Counted from the whole stretch's first letter, positions 1 to 13,110 are shown. The stretch: DNA of 60,569 bases, filler included, from Sphacelaria rigidula (GCA_964200075.2; 4 parts of 4 records of this genome joined end to end with filler, not necessarily neighbours in it); one strand, 5' to 3'. Notes: generated by a model not told the origin, from the letters alone. Program-made: numbers and translations.

Positions 1-282
1 GAAAACAGACTAGATGAAACTTTCGGTCTTCGTCCTAACCCTGCAGTTACATACGCGGGTTTTCAGCAACACGCCACTGTTTCGTTTAGACGCCAGACAC
101 GTCATTCCTGACAAGCCTATTGGTCGTTCTGGAGGCCTGGTCCCAAAAGGGTTAAACAGAGACATGAGAAACTTGAAAAGGCAACATAGCGTACGGAACG
201 TGCAGAGAAAGAGATTGCCAGCCACAGTTGATAGAGCTCAATGGAAGAAAATAACGAAACGGCAAACTGGAATAAGGTGGGA

Positions 283-1620
283 TACAGGCTGGGCCAGCCT
301 ACAAGCGGATTTGAACTTTGCAGGCGAATTCGCAATTTTTTTCTTGGAGTTGGAAAGTGAAATTTGGTATGGACAATCAACAGGGCATGAAGAAGAGCTG
401 TCTGTGAGGTCCCGACGATTTTTTTTCGTGAGTGAAGGGCATTTCACTTGAACCTCAAAACTGATTATTGCCCTTAACCCTTTTGGGACCGGACCCCCCC
501 TAACACCAGGGTTGACCCTGTGTTAGTAGAATAATTAAAAATAAGTCTTCGCCCAATCACAGCGAGGCGAAATTTATCGACCGGACCCGAACGACCAGCG
601 CGGGGATTGTTGTCGGATGTGATGTCACTGCAAAGATCGTGTGGGGCCCTATCCCTGATCCAGATAAGCCTTCCCAGGTTTCCAAGTGCAAGGTGGTCGC
701 AGCTTGGTTTTATGGTATTACTTGCACTCAGTATACCGTTCCCGAATTTTTCCGGAGCGTTTTTTGTGTCCCAGATCTATCCTGAAACGTAGTTATTTAC
801 GCTAACACAGAGTGGGCCGGAAAAACCCGGGAAAGAGTGTACATGCCACCATGTGGTCATTTTTACCACACCCTAAAACCAGGTGAACTGTGGAAGGACA
901 AAAGGATCTACTGTCATGAGTTCTGCTTATCCCTCTGGCGATGACTTGCAGGGTGCAGTGAACAACTACGTAGTGGATGGGGATCAAGCAGCTGTATATA
1001 GGCAGTTGATCACGGTAGCCGAAAACTGCCCAGAACGTGCAAGGGTGTATGCAGCGGCAGCTGCTGCCTCAGTCGGAGAGGGGTACGACACTGTACTGTA
1101 TACTAAACTGTTGTATGAATAAGCGCTGCAACGTTGATTCGCTTCGAAGAGAGTTTGCTGCATGCAACAAGGAGGGAAATGGCTGCCCACCCCGACCACA
1201 AAGGGCTGTGTGACAAGGTGATGGGGACAATAATATCATCCAAAGCCACAAGTGGCGGGCGGCCCGCCGGTCGCCGCATCCTGTTGGGAGCTAGCTCTTT
1301 ACCACGCCTCATACTGCTTGCTACATCAGATGTACACCACCTGATGCGCACCCTGCACCTGAAAATAGACTAGATGAAACTTTCGATCTTCGTCATAACC
1401 CTGCGGTTACATACGCGGATTTTCAGCAACACACCACTGTTTTGTGCAGACGCCAGACACGTCATTGCTGACCAGCCTACTTGGTCGTTCTGGAGGCCTG
1501 GTCCCAAAAGGGTCAATTCACGAAAGAAAAAAACGTCGGGACCTCACAGACAGCTTTCCATGCCCTCTTGATTGTCCATACCAAATTTCACTTTCCAACT
1601 CCAAGAAAAAAATTGCGAAT
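283..1620. repeat. Foldback element, split by the piggyBac-like insertion
   Basis: 325-445 is the reverse complement of 468-477 plus 1518-1620. In addition, 283-318 matches 2495-2530 in inverted orientation. Confidence 0.6.
478..1513. mobile_element. piggyBac-like non-autonomous element (about 1 kb)
   Basis: TTAA-CCCTTTTGGGACC at 474 and GGTCCCAAAAGGG-TCAA ending at 1517. Its last ~150 bp are repeated at 1-156, which ends GGTCCCAAAAGGG-TTAA (a second copy's end). Confidence 0.75.
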
Positions 1621-1749
1621 ATGACTTTGAAAAACCGGACCGGTGGAAATTCGGAACAATATTTTGCAGGCCGTTTATCGGCTCACGTTTGGTGTTTGTG
1701 GGTTGAAACTTTGTGCGGGACCTTGCAAGGTCGTGATAAACCAAGAAGA

Positions 1750-4700
1750 ATGGGTGAGGTTGGCTTTTGTTTTATTCTTCACTGATTGAGGGCGTTTTAG
1801 TATAGTAAGGATCATTTTTTTACGAGAACGCCCTAACCTCTCATGAAAAAGAAAAAATGAAGGCCCATTTTTTTTTTCACTTAGCATGCATACCTGTGTC
1901 GTTCTCCATGCCAAGTTTCAAGTCACAATTGTAAAAATTGAGCTAAAAAATTGAGATAAGGCCCAAGAGCAATGTTTGTTTCTCCTCAAAACTCCCCGAA
2001 AAACACGAAAAATATACGAAAAAAGAAAAAAAAACGTGTAAGCTGTGTTTTTATTTCATTATGCACTAGCGGTTCTCCATACCAAATTTCATGGTACCAC
2101 TCTCGAAAACTGAGACGCGATATCCAGATTTAGGTCATCTAGTGCCTCTCTGCTCGTAATATACTGATTTTAGTATGTAATATTATTTGCGCCAAATCTC
2201 GAGGTAGATAACGAATTAGGTGAAGGTGAGGGTATATATCGTCTCCCCGTGCTCCAGGGAAGATCCACACCGAAAATCGTCATCATCCGCTTGATCGATC
2301 GTTCGGGGTTTCGTACAGATTTTAGTATGGACGCTATCTCCGCTAGGTACAGGAATTACTATACATGGGGTTTACTCGACGAGAAAAAATTTGCCCAGAT
2401 TTTGAGCAGATGGGCACCTTCCCCTTGATTGGACGATTCATACGATATGCGGATCACGGCCCAACTCGTCTGTGTCCTTGAGATATCGCTTTGAGAGCTT
2501 CAATCCGTTTTTAGGCTGGCCCAGCTCGTAGAGTAGTCGAGAAAGTATAGAAAGAGATCGGAGGAAACCAAGACGAGATACTGTCCACAGGTGAATGCGG
2601 GGGGGGGTACAGAACAAAAGTAAGAGACATGATAAAAATAAGTGGATTATAAACGCTCAGATGGAAAGTAGACGATGAAAAACTCCTGAAGATATACGGC
2701 GGGTTGAAAGGGGGGATAGGGATGAAAATATATCTGCATGGCTCAATGGACGTGGCGAAGGACTTGAAACTGCGATTTCAGGTGGAGGACCTCGACCTGC
2801 CAGAAATAAGAAAGATATACCAGTAGTCGACAGGAAGAGAAAGCAGATGCACATAATTGCCCCTGTGGCAAAGCAAAGGAAGTAGAACTCATATAGTGGC
2901 AGAGTGTGAACTATACAAGGACGAACGAGACATGCTAGAGGGAGAAATGCGGGAAGTAAACGAAGGTGGCATGGAATCGTTTGTTGCACTAGACAGCAGG
3001 GAGAGAACGATGGCTATACTAGATGGTGGTCACAGCCGATGGAACAGGACGAAACAGAACGGGGATAAGATATGTAGAAGGTTTTTGTGTAACGTATAGA
3101 AGGGTCGTAACGAGCACCGAATTGTTGGAAATGTCTCTATTAGGAGTAGGAACGGTGCTCCGTCTCGAAAGGGATGCGTGGTCAATTGTCAAACGGCAGA
3201 GACAAGCAACAAATGAGTACGCCCCCCCCCCCCCCCCTCCCTCCCCCGTCGCAATACTCAAACAGGACTTCGTGAAGCTGGTTAGTGCGGAGGGCGCGGA
3301 GTTCTGGGTAGACCGAAAATGTGCTATGGTATCAGGGACTATCAAGGCTATGCTCAGCGGTGGGTACTGCTACTTCAGCATTACGAAACATGTAGCTAGT
3401 TGCACATTGCTCTTCGCCGTGTTCGTTCCCCTGACACTCGCTTCCTCCGTCGATGAGCGCACCTCTTAGACTGCGTATTTTTATCGCGTGTCGTCCCAGC
3501 TATGGACACCCCTGCTGGGTCTCCGTACCCCTAACCGGCTTCCATTCCGCCTTTTGGGGTCGGGTCTATCTGTAACGCAGGCGGTTTTGGAGAGGCTGCG
3601 TCAGGGCAGGTACATTTCGCGGAGATCTCCACCCCGATATTAGAGAAGGTCATCCAGTTTGTCTACTACAAGGTGACTTCTCCATTGATTTTTCTGGCCC
3701 CCGCGAATCCAACACGCCATGCGGTGCAGGTATTCTGTTTCAAAGGGAGGTGTGTTAACTTTTTATTACTTTTTTTCATCAAGACTTAGTCTGCTCAAGT
3801 CGTTCTGTTCGACCCCCCTTTTTTTTTCTTCTCCTGTTCCTGTTTTTTCTGTTTTGTTTTGTTTTCCTTAGGAGCGTGTTTCAGTTTCGTTTTTCTTGGA
3901 TACGTCCATCATGAGACCACGCTGGACCCCTGGGGGGTCAGTTAAAGTGCGACAATCAATCAATCAGGGAACTTTTTCCCCCCCCCCTTCACACCCCCTG
4001 TTGGAGGAGTCACGGTGTGATTGGTGTTGTTCACTTTGGCGTCTTTTGTCTCGCCCCCTATCGATGGAACACGACGTGGTTTGGCTGTCTGGTTTAGGGA
4101 CTACCCAGCGAATGGAACACCGTAGGTGATGAAATACATCACTCTTCTCTCCCTGATGACGACCTTGGGGAGGTTGGGGGTGGTCTGCTCCTCACACCCG
4201 GTGATGACGTGCCATCTAGATCCACGCGATTTCATGGTTTCACCCCCCGCCCCTAGGAGTAGGAAGGGTGCTCCGTCTCGAAAGGGATGCGTGGTCAACG
4301 GTCAAGCGACTAAGGCAAGCAACAAATAAATGCCCCCTCGCCCCTCCCCAAGCAATTTCGCGCATGGTGATTGATTGCGACCCTGGTCCGGCGAAAACCC
4401 GGCGTGCTCTCTCCCGGCATTGTGGGGATGCGAGATCAACGGTCATATGTCTATGACATGCAAGATCATGACTATCCTCAAACAATCGGCTAGGACAGAA
4501 GCGGATGATAGATTGGTCAGCGCTTGGGGGTCGTCAAATGCCGTACGCAGGCGACAAGAGGGCTTGATGGCATGCTACGCAGGGGGGGGGGTGACATTGA
4601 GTCCACTGGGTGGGGAACATGGGGGGCGTTGAAGGAGAAAGAATAGATGACCTTGCGGTACATCTTGAACTTGAGACGTTCATCAAGCTTCCATCACAAT

Positions 4701-5036
4701 GGAATCAGCCATAGCTCTTCGTTTTCCTCTACATGCTGCCTTGATCAGGCAGTCTTTATTCGCCGACAGGCATCGCTCTAGCACACCGCAAAATAAGCAC
4801 GTTCGGCTTGATCGTCGCCTTTCCATGGAGGAGTTTTTTTCGTGGCTCCGGATGAGGTCATGACCAATAGCTCGTCGTGCCCATCTGTTTATCTCTCCGT
4901 TGACACGCACACCCCGCGCATCCGAATTTCGCCGCAGGTGCGATACACAAACAGCGCAACGCGCATCCCAGAGTTCCATATCGAGCCAGAGTTAGCCTTG
5001 GAGTTGCTCATGGCGGCCAACTTTCTGGACTGCTGA
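1750..5036 (+). CDS. ELOC: Elongin C (SKP1-like), spliced, about 97 aa
   Basis: Exons 3266-3359 ([31 protein letters not shown]), 3581-3672 ([31 protein letters not shown]) and 4938-5036 ([32 protein letters not shown]). All have GT-AG boundaries with matching phases. The C-terminal [13 protein letters not shown] is the Elongin C signature. The first coding exon ATGGGTGAG|gttggc (1750-1758) is a lower-confidence inference. Confidence 0.92.
2531..3247 (+). mobile_element. 3' fragment of a LINE (family A), in an ELOC intron
   Basis: Degenerate C-terminal zinc knuckle ([19 protein letters not shown]). The sequence is homologous to 47855-48560 on the minus strand and ends ACAAATGAGTACG followed by a C-run. 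Another 3'-end copy is at 4253-4350. Confidence 0.8.
3780..3966 (+). repeat. Retroelement 3'-end module ending TCAGTTAAAGTGCGAC(AATC)n
   Basis: Copies at 33195-33285 (-), 34055-34330 (-), 50535-50770 (-) and 54640-54726 (+), each with AATC-type tails. Confidence 0.7.
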
Positions 5037-8000
5037 TGCGCCATAGCTGCCCACACAAAATCCTCCGGGAGAAGATCACTGCTTCCTCCAGATGTCGGAG
5101 AGTGATGCCATCGAGCCCATCTGCTTACGGTCGAGAGTGCTCCGTAGCTACAACTGGCATGCACACTGATGGGTAGTCGGTGGCAGCGGCTCGCGCGCTA
5201 TTTTTGATGTGTCCAAGGGCAGACTAGACCACGACCTAGTGAAGGATGTGGTACATTAAGTCAGCTTTTGTGATGCAAGAGCGCGAGTTGGGGTAGGACG
5301 ACAAGCCCGACCGGGGGACCGTTTGTGAGATGCAGTCTGCACCATTGTTGCCTGTACAAGACTGCAGTCCGGCGATGCATGCAAGATAACGGCTATAGCG
5401 TATCGCCAGAAAGCTGTGATTGGACCTGAGCAGAAATGAGGAAGAAAAAAAAGTATCAGGAGCTTACCGGGGGTCCCACGGTGCACGGTCGTGCATGGAG
5501 TCAACTTGCAAGCACTAGCGTGGAGCGTCGTTTGGTGGTGCTTCTCGTCTTCCTCGCTGGATGATGCAGATGATGCATTCGACGTCCTATTAGAGAGGGC
5601 GCGCGTGTGTGACGTTGACGTCACAACTTGGTGGAAGCGCCTCCTGCTGATGCGCCTGACCCCGATTCGTGTGGCAATCAGCGGTATTATGTTGTACAGT
5701 ATGTTGAGTATTTGAGTTGCCACCGAGAGGTCTAGTTAGTTGTATGTAGGAAGTACGAACGTGAGCCGAGGTGGTGAAACTGCGACAGTCCGCCAGATAT
5801 TTTTCTACACAATTTTCACAAGTGGGCGCACGCGTAGCACTGTTGGTGGTGGACTGAAATAGGTTTTCAGGATCTAACTCATGGGCACGGCTGACCCACG
5901 CAACAAGGGCACAGATTCGGAGCTGGAGGCCCTCGGGAAGTCGGGGTATTCCAGCCGGTGGTGGAGCAAATGTATATATCCATCATCCGGGATATGTTGG
6001 AGCAAGGAACATTCGTTAGTCATGTTTCATGAGATTTGATTCTGGTCATTTGGAAATCGCGTGGGGTGTTACTTTCCGTCAGCAGCGCACTGTCGAGGTT
6101 AGGTCGTCGCACGCGCGCAAATGCGATGCGTCTCCGCCACGATTACTTGATTGAACTACTGGAGTGCCTCGCTGCCGCTCTCCGCGAGCCACGCTTGCGC
6201 TTCATTTTATCGCCAAGTTTTTTTCTTCGGCAACATCTGTTATAGAGTTGATCTCGAGCACTCGAGAAATACTCAGACCCAAGAAAATACCGCGCGTTTT
6301 ATCCGAGAATCAAAGTAGTGCATCCCATGTATTTTGTCTCTCTGATATCTTCGCGCTTGTATGCTCAGTGGCATACCGTAGATGAGGAGCTTTGTGCTAA
6401 CGATAAATGTTCCCCGACATCGGGATGAAAAGATAGGCGATGGTCAACACCGAGATGCATGACGCCGCATATGCCTGGCGGTGTGCGGCCCGTCTAGAAA
6501 CGTTGTTGCCACTGCGATCGAGGCTCTCTCGAAATATCCAGCAAAACAGGCTTTTGCCGTCTTCACACTTTCCCGTTCATGCCATAAGCAAAGTCCGTTA
6601 TGGGGTGCAGGTCGTACCTCCCCACCGGACGTGCTTACGACGCTGTAGTTGTGTTTGTTGAAAAGATGAAATGTAGAGATCAGAAAACACTCCCGGCAAT
6701 ACTCCCAGGGAATCTCTAGGACGGATTTTCCAATATTTTGGGAATGTTTCAAGATTTGTTTCGAGGATTTCGACAATTAATCGCCCACTACCGACCACAA
6801 TCGCGATGGACTCTGGTGTGTGCACTCACCCCAGATTGTGAACGGGGCGCCAAAATACCATCGGACCGCCGCCACGCCATTGCGACAGAGGTGGGGCTGG
6901 CCATTCCGCCAGGCAACTCCGCGGTGCCGAAGGGAATTTTAGGTACGCTCACTGAGCCATACGGTCTCGGTCCCGAGTACCCGACAAAACTGTGAAAAAC
7001 TGCGAAGCTCAGGTAGGCGCCACCAGGGAGCTCGATCTCTCACACAAACGTTGGAGTGGGCGGCCGTCGCTTGTTACTCTGACTAGGGCCGCGGCGCTAT
7101 AGACGGAAGGCAAAATCAGTCATTTTTTCCACATTCCCCCCTCCACCCCCCGGAATAAGGGCGAATTTCGCCTTTTTCGGGCCGACTGTTGTTTCTTCAG
7201 CCGTTTGCCCATATATCGTGTGGCGTAATGCGCGAAAAAATATTGTGGGCTTCAACTCAAAAACATTAAAATATTCCAATAAAACTATCGCCTATAGCAT
7301 CGGATGCGGGTAATGGCCCATGTAAACATAACCGACTTAACTTATGGCACGGAGAAAGTACGTTGACGAAGTGCTGAAATACTGCACCGTGGCAAAAAAT
7401 AATACTGTATACCACGAAAAATGTACTGCCGGGCCCACTTCCAACTGTAATCCGTACCTGTCAACATGATAGATTCTCGTCTCAACGCACAGTTGACCAT
7501 CCTTTTATACAATTCCCATTTGCCTCTACCAACCGTTTACAAGACGTCTTCTCATGGTGCGGCCATGTAGATAGATCACCGATCACCCACCACGAAATAA
7601 GGACGGCATTGCTGAGAAAACGCGCGAGGCACTGACCGCGCACAACAGACGTCCGATTCGATCTGTTGTAGTAGCACTAACGTGCTTTCCGGAGCAACTG
7701 CTCACTGAACAAGAAAATTAAACACGTGCAACGTGAGCAATGCACCCCGCGCACATCACAATCAGCAGTACGCCCCCGAAGCCACTGCGCTCAAGCAGAA
7801 CTGCTCAAATGAAAACCGATTTGTACAAGGACACACCACGCCCGAGGCAACAAACACGACAAGGGATACAAAAATCGGGTCCAAGCTCCAGGCACAAGTT
7901 GAGGCGAAACCATCGCGTCCACCTTCGCGGACTTTCACAATCGCGTCCATCAACTTATCGGGTCCCTTCTTCCCCCCCCCTCCCTTCCAGCTTCTTCTCG

Positions 8001-8078
8001 GCAAACCTTGCGCTCGCATGTCGCGTAACTACGGAAGCCCCCCAAGACTTGCTCTCGGTGCCATTTATCCGTTCATCC

Positions 8079-11000
8079 TCAGGAATTCCATATGCTCTTG
8101 ATGTAGCCCATTATGCCAGCCTCCCCTTGTTGTTGGCCTCCGCCAGCAGTGGTGCTTGTGCTTGTTCCCCCCCCCGCACGCGCCCCGCTGTTGGGCGGAT
8201 AGTGTATTGTTGAGCTGGCCGTCATCTGCGACGTGTGACTACCGATGATCATGGCACCGAGGCGGGTGAAGTAGGTACAGAGCCCAGCGTTACCCCCCCA
8301 CGCATCACGCGACGTAGCGTGACAATGCATAGCGTGCACGGAAAGGGATGTGTGTGCAAAGTAACGGAGCGGGATCGGCCAGGCAGGAAAGAGAGTATTG
8401 CGTTGTGTTAAGATTGCAGCGCGTACAGAGGATCTGGGCGGGTCGTGAAATAAAGTCAAGGTGCTTGGCCGATGATGCAGGTAAGCGAGAGGGTTTTGGT
8501 GAGTTCGTAGTCTAAACCTAGCGGCTTGGCGTCCGCTTCTACCTACCTCCTGCGTGGTTGCTGTCGGCTGCCGGCTATTGTTGGCGTGTTTCATCTTCGA
8601 ATGCAACCGAGTCTTGCCTATTCAAGCACATCACAAAGGATACCGTACGACCCGATACCCACGCTGGTCATACCCTCATCAGCTGTGTGCTGGATGATAA
8701 CGGTGATCGCACAGCTACCACGCTCACGTGGTCCATCTGCACACCCCGGACAATGGATTGCATTGTCAACAAATGTACTGCGTACAGTATGGGATATATT
8801 GTCTATTGCAATATACGCAATAGTATTGCAATATACGCAATAGTCAATACTGTACGCAGTACACTCCTTGGGAATGTAATACTTTTGTCGAGGGTGTGTC
8901 ATTTTGGCACAACCGACACTATTTAGGTCGAGATAATGCGAGTTCGATCACCGGGCAGACTCATTTTTTTCTTCTGGGGGGGAACTATATGAGTTCGCCC
9001 TTGAAAACGTGAGAACGTGAGTAACAATGCTTCCTTAACGAGAGTCGACGCGGTGCGGATGTGCTGATTGAACCCGTGATACGAGATGGGTTGATCTCTC
9101 GAGACCACGGACTCCTCGCGAGAAAGGGCGGAGATGGATTGTGTCACGGGAATGGAAAAAGCAGCATCCACGTGTTGACGGCAAAACAAATTCAAGGAAA
9201 CGTTTGTAAAAAATGGAGGACACCTGCATGTCGGGCAATAGACGAGCTGGGCATGCCCTGGAACCTTGAGCCACTGCGGACAATTCTCGCACTTGAAGTG
9301 AACGAAAACGCCCCGCCCAAGCTGCTCCTGCTGCTGCTGCGTATACACTTGCTGTTGTATTTGTTGCTGGACTTCTTGCTGCAGCGAACCTTGTCGCTGC
9401 TCATTTCGACGTCTGTGGCGCAATCGTCCGCAGGTGCCACACGCCCGCAAAAGAAAGGGAGGGACAGCGTGTTACACAAAGCGTGGCGACATGGGGCAAG
9501 TGGACGACCCGGGGATCTTTTCACCACGAGGAGCATTCATCCTTCAAGAAACCAATGGTAAAATGAGAGTTGTCCTTCGGGCGCCAACACTGTTCCAAGG
9601 AACCATCTGAACATGCATTAACCTCGCAGTACACAACACATCAAAGATGTGCAGCTTTGCCAAGAGCAGGTAGTCCAAGGGTTCGGCTTAACCAGTCAGG
9701 CCGGCACGACGTACGCGTCCGAATTTGGATCAAAGTACAAATGCCCAACGTGAGCAAAAATTAGTAACGTTTCCCCGCTGCAAAAAAACGCATAACAAAA
9801 CAACGACGAGACACCAAGAAACAGCGAATCACATCGCAAGCGTCACAAATGTCATGATCCATTTGTCGGACCCCCTTCACCTGTTTGCCTCGGCCTGAGC
9901 TCCTGGATATTGGGCCATCGCAGACGCAAGAGTTCGCGTTTGCGGTGCCGGACCCGCCGGCGCTGCCGCCGCCGGGGCCTCCGCGGGTACGATTGCACTA
10001 GCCGACTCTGGCGAAGTCGCTGCCTCAACCCCGTTGCCGGCTTGATTCTGAGCCGAAACTCGCGCCAACTGTTATTGTCAACGTTGCGATCGCAAGAACA
10101 AGACATGGAGCAAGACCGAGCGAGACCGAGTGAGGCGGGTAAACGTCGCGGCAGAGGCGTTTATAGGGGAGGAATTGGACGGGGTTATACATTGGGGATG
10201 CTCCTGGGTTTTGCCTACATGGTGTTTGCCGTCTAGCTGATGAGTAGGCGGGCATGCGCTTTATCCCGATAAAGCTCTGGAGTCGTACAAAAAGCAAACC
10301 CATTACAAAAAGTCGTTCTGGGGGGCAGGGTGGCCATCCAATCGCCAGTGGGGAGAGGTCAATAGTGAGTGCTTCCTCCGCTAATAAAGCGGAATGTATT
10401 TTTCACAATCCATCATACAAAACCTTCAGGCAACTCATCCAACGTCTTTTTCTCCCATCGTTTTTTCACGCCGACTACTGTTTTTAGTTCGAGTAGTACC
10501 GAGTTATTGGCGTTGATATTCGAGCACCCCAACCGAGTGGCGTTCCTCTACAGCCAAGTCAATACTTCTTTCGCTACGCAACGTTTCGAACTCTTAATTG
10601 TAGCCGTAAAATCCCCGCGCACCTCCTCTTTCATATCCTCAATAATCAAGCGCAGTTTTTCGTTCTCCGACAACAGCTCCTCCACCACCTCTGTCGAGGA
10701 CTCGCCAGAGGATGTAGTGGCAACGGCGCTCTCTCGCTGCACCGCCGCGACGGCGCTGCCCATCGAAAGATCCGTTCTCGTGTTCACCATCGCTTCTCTT
10801 CTTGCCGCCGTTTGCGCGGCAGCAGCCTGCACCACTGTCGAGGGTTCCGCGGTAGTCTGAGCCTGCGACACTGTCGGATATGCTCGCATTGCTTCTGTCG
10901 ACGGCGCGGTGGCCGGAACAAACGCAGGGTACAACTGACTCGATGATACCTATGTTGTGACAGTCGATGGACGTGAGTTCAGCGGACGGATTGCGTGCAG

Positions 11001-12199
11001 GGTCAGGTACAAGAAAGCGCGGAACAGCCGAGGAACGCGTAGATGACATGATCACTCTCCACGAAGTATAAAGAATGCCTCCCGCGACAAAGCGACACAA
11101 CTTTGATGTAAGCGCGCGACCCTAGCTAGCCTGCATTGCAGAGCAAGGCCCTGCTTTCACCACCCTCACTTAAACCGCCACCGCCATTGCCCCCGCTGTT
11201 GCTCATTTGACAGCTCTGTGGAAAGAGTTTACTCACCGCTCGGTGAGGTGAATATAAGCTACTGAAGTCCGAGACTGGTGTCTGTCGCTGTGTTTGCGGC
11301 TGCTCCTGCTCTTGTGCTGGTTCCTCCTGTTGCAACTGATGCTGCTGGATCCCGACAGTCCACGTATCCATCGTAGAAGAGGTAGACTGCGTGTTATCGG
11401 AACGAGGTTCTACATCCCCAGTCCATGGCACGGCTGCTGGGGCACCAAGCTCTTCTCGCTGGCGGGATAAAAAACAGCGAGGACAATAAGGGGCGGGTTA
11501 TGTCAGCACGGACGATCATCGTTTACATCCAGCAACGATAAAGACGACGACTACCACGACGAGCACGCGAGAACCATGTACCAACGTAACAAGCTGTGAG
11601 ATCTGAGAACAAGTATAGGCAGGGATACTCAGGACAACTGCTCTCGTCCGAGTTGACTTCTGTGACACACGATGAGAACCTTGGTCCAGCGGATGAAGCA
11701 CATTCACCGTGCACAACAGCACTGTTTCACCACATTGTCTGCAACAAGAGGAGAGATATTTCATTGGCAATCAAGACCAAACACAGGCACCTGTGCCAAG
11801 ACAACATTTCGTCCATGCTCCATCTCCGGTTGTTTCGTGTTTGATGGTGTCCAAAGACATCGCACGAACTCTCCAATGAGAACGGACTTGCCCGGATTAT
11901 TTTTCCAGCGCAGGGTCATTTGCAACATCACAGAGTTCCGTGCGACTCCCCCACGGCTGCATAGGAAAGCGACACATTCAACTCAGAGGTGCTCCACAGT
12001 CCACGCGAAGGCTCACCATGATGTTCAACGGAGGAGGTGGCGGCGCTTCAAAGCACGCTGCGAGCTCATTCTCCAGTCGTTCGACGTCGTCGAGGTCCAG
12101 CAACGGTTTTCTTGCCTCCTTCAAAGCTTCGGTGCTGACCTGTCGCGTAAAGTCAAGTGTCAGGCAACACATCCACACATCTGACGGATCGTGATCTGC
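8079..12199 (-). CDS. Uncharacterised protein with coiled-coil and Gln-rich segments and a C-terminal LSD1-type C4 zinc finger (5' end uncertain)
   Basis: Phase-consistent GT-AG exons 12017-12199, 11237-11458, 10623-10949, 9881-10068, 9224-9412 and 8079-8238. The spliced product (about 420 aa) contains EELLSENEKLRLIIEDMKEELARV (coiled coil) and FKCENCPQWLKVPGHAQLVYCPTCSHTS, and ends GIMGYIKSIWNS*. Confidence 0.8.
8774..8863. mobile_element. Small MITE or hairpin
   Basis: GTACTGCGTACAGTAT ... ATACTGTACGCAGTAC inverted ends, with an internal tandem TATTGCAATATACGCAATAG. Confidence 0.55.
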
Positions 12200-12679
12200 C
12201 TGAAACAACCGATAAAAAAAGACACTCGGATCTGTTGGTCCAAAAACACAAAATTTGACGAAACCATTTTTTTTTGCACCTTTATCCAGGCGCTTTACCT
12301 ACAGTACGGTCCATGTATAGGGGATTGGCGCTCATACATAGTTTTGCTGGAAAGTTGCGATCACCAATAACTCACACGAGCAAAAAGCAACGATATGTTC
12401 TCGTGCAGTCAGTGTACATGCATCGACTTGAAGAACACCACCTTTCCGCCAGTTCATCACCTTTTACTCTCGAAGCCAGTGACTCCCATACTATATATCC
12501 AACGACAACAACGCACAAGAGACAAATTCCTTCCGCCGTGCGGGGCCATCCTAGGACTCGAGGATCAGGGCCGAATCGCGGGCACATTCACCGGTGGACA
12601 CTAACGGACTTACGACAGCCCTGCAACGCCGCCTGGGTAGCATCTGCCGTCACAAAAAATGGCATCGCCTCTCCGCGCT

Positions 12680-13110
12680 TCGCCGCCACTCAATACCCTG
12701 CGCGACGGGTCGGTGTTCCCCTCTCGCTTCCACTGGACCACCGTGCTTGCCGGTCTGGCGGTCAACAAACCACGGCACAGAAGGCCCTTATCCTTGGCGT
12801 TCCATTCGACAGCATGCACACGCCAGATTCGCCCGTGGCGTGCCTGCCCACATCATGTGGTAGCGTCCATCATGCAAGACATGGTGGTTGCATCTCTCTA
12901 CATGCAATGCACCAACGTCCCTGACCTTCACGACAGGTGCGACCACATGATGTTGGCTGACGCAAAATTAGCGGCTTTGGCGTGTGCATGCTGTCGAGTG
13001 GGACGCGGAGGTCCATGCCTTGTGTGTCGTGGCAGGTTGGCCGGTAGGGCCGCAAGCAAGGTGATTCAGTGGAAGCACAAGGAGGACGCCGATCCGTCGC
13101 GCGGAGTACT
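12680..13110. repeat. Degenerate inverted repeat, arms about 180 bp
   Basis: 12690-12868 aligns to the reverse complement of 12933-13110, for example CGACAGCATGCACACGCCA and ACATCATGTGGT. Confidence 0.7.
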
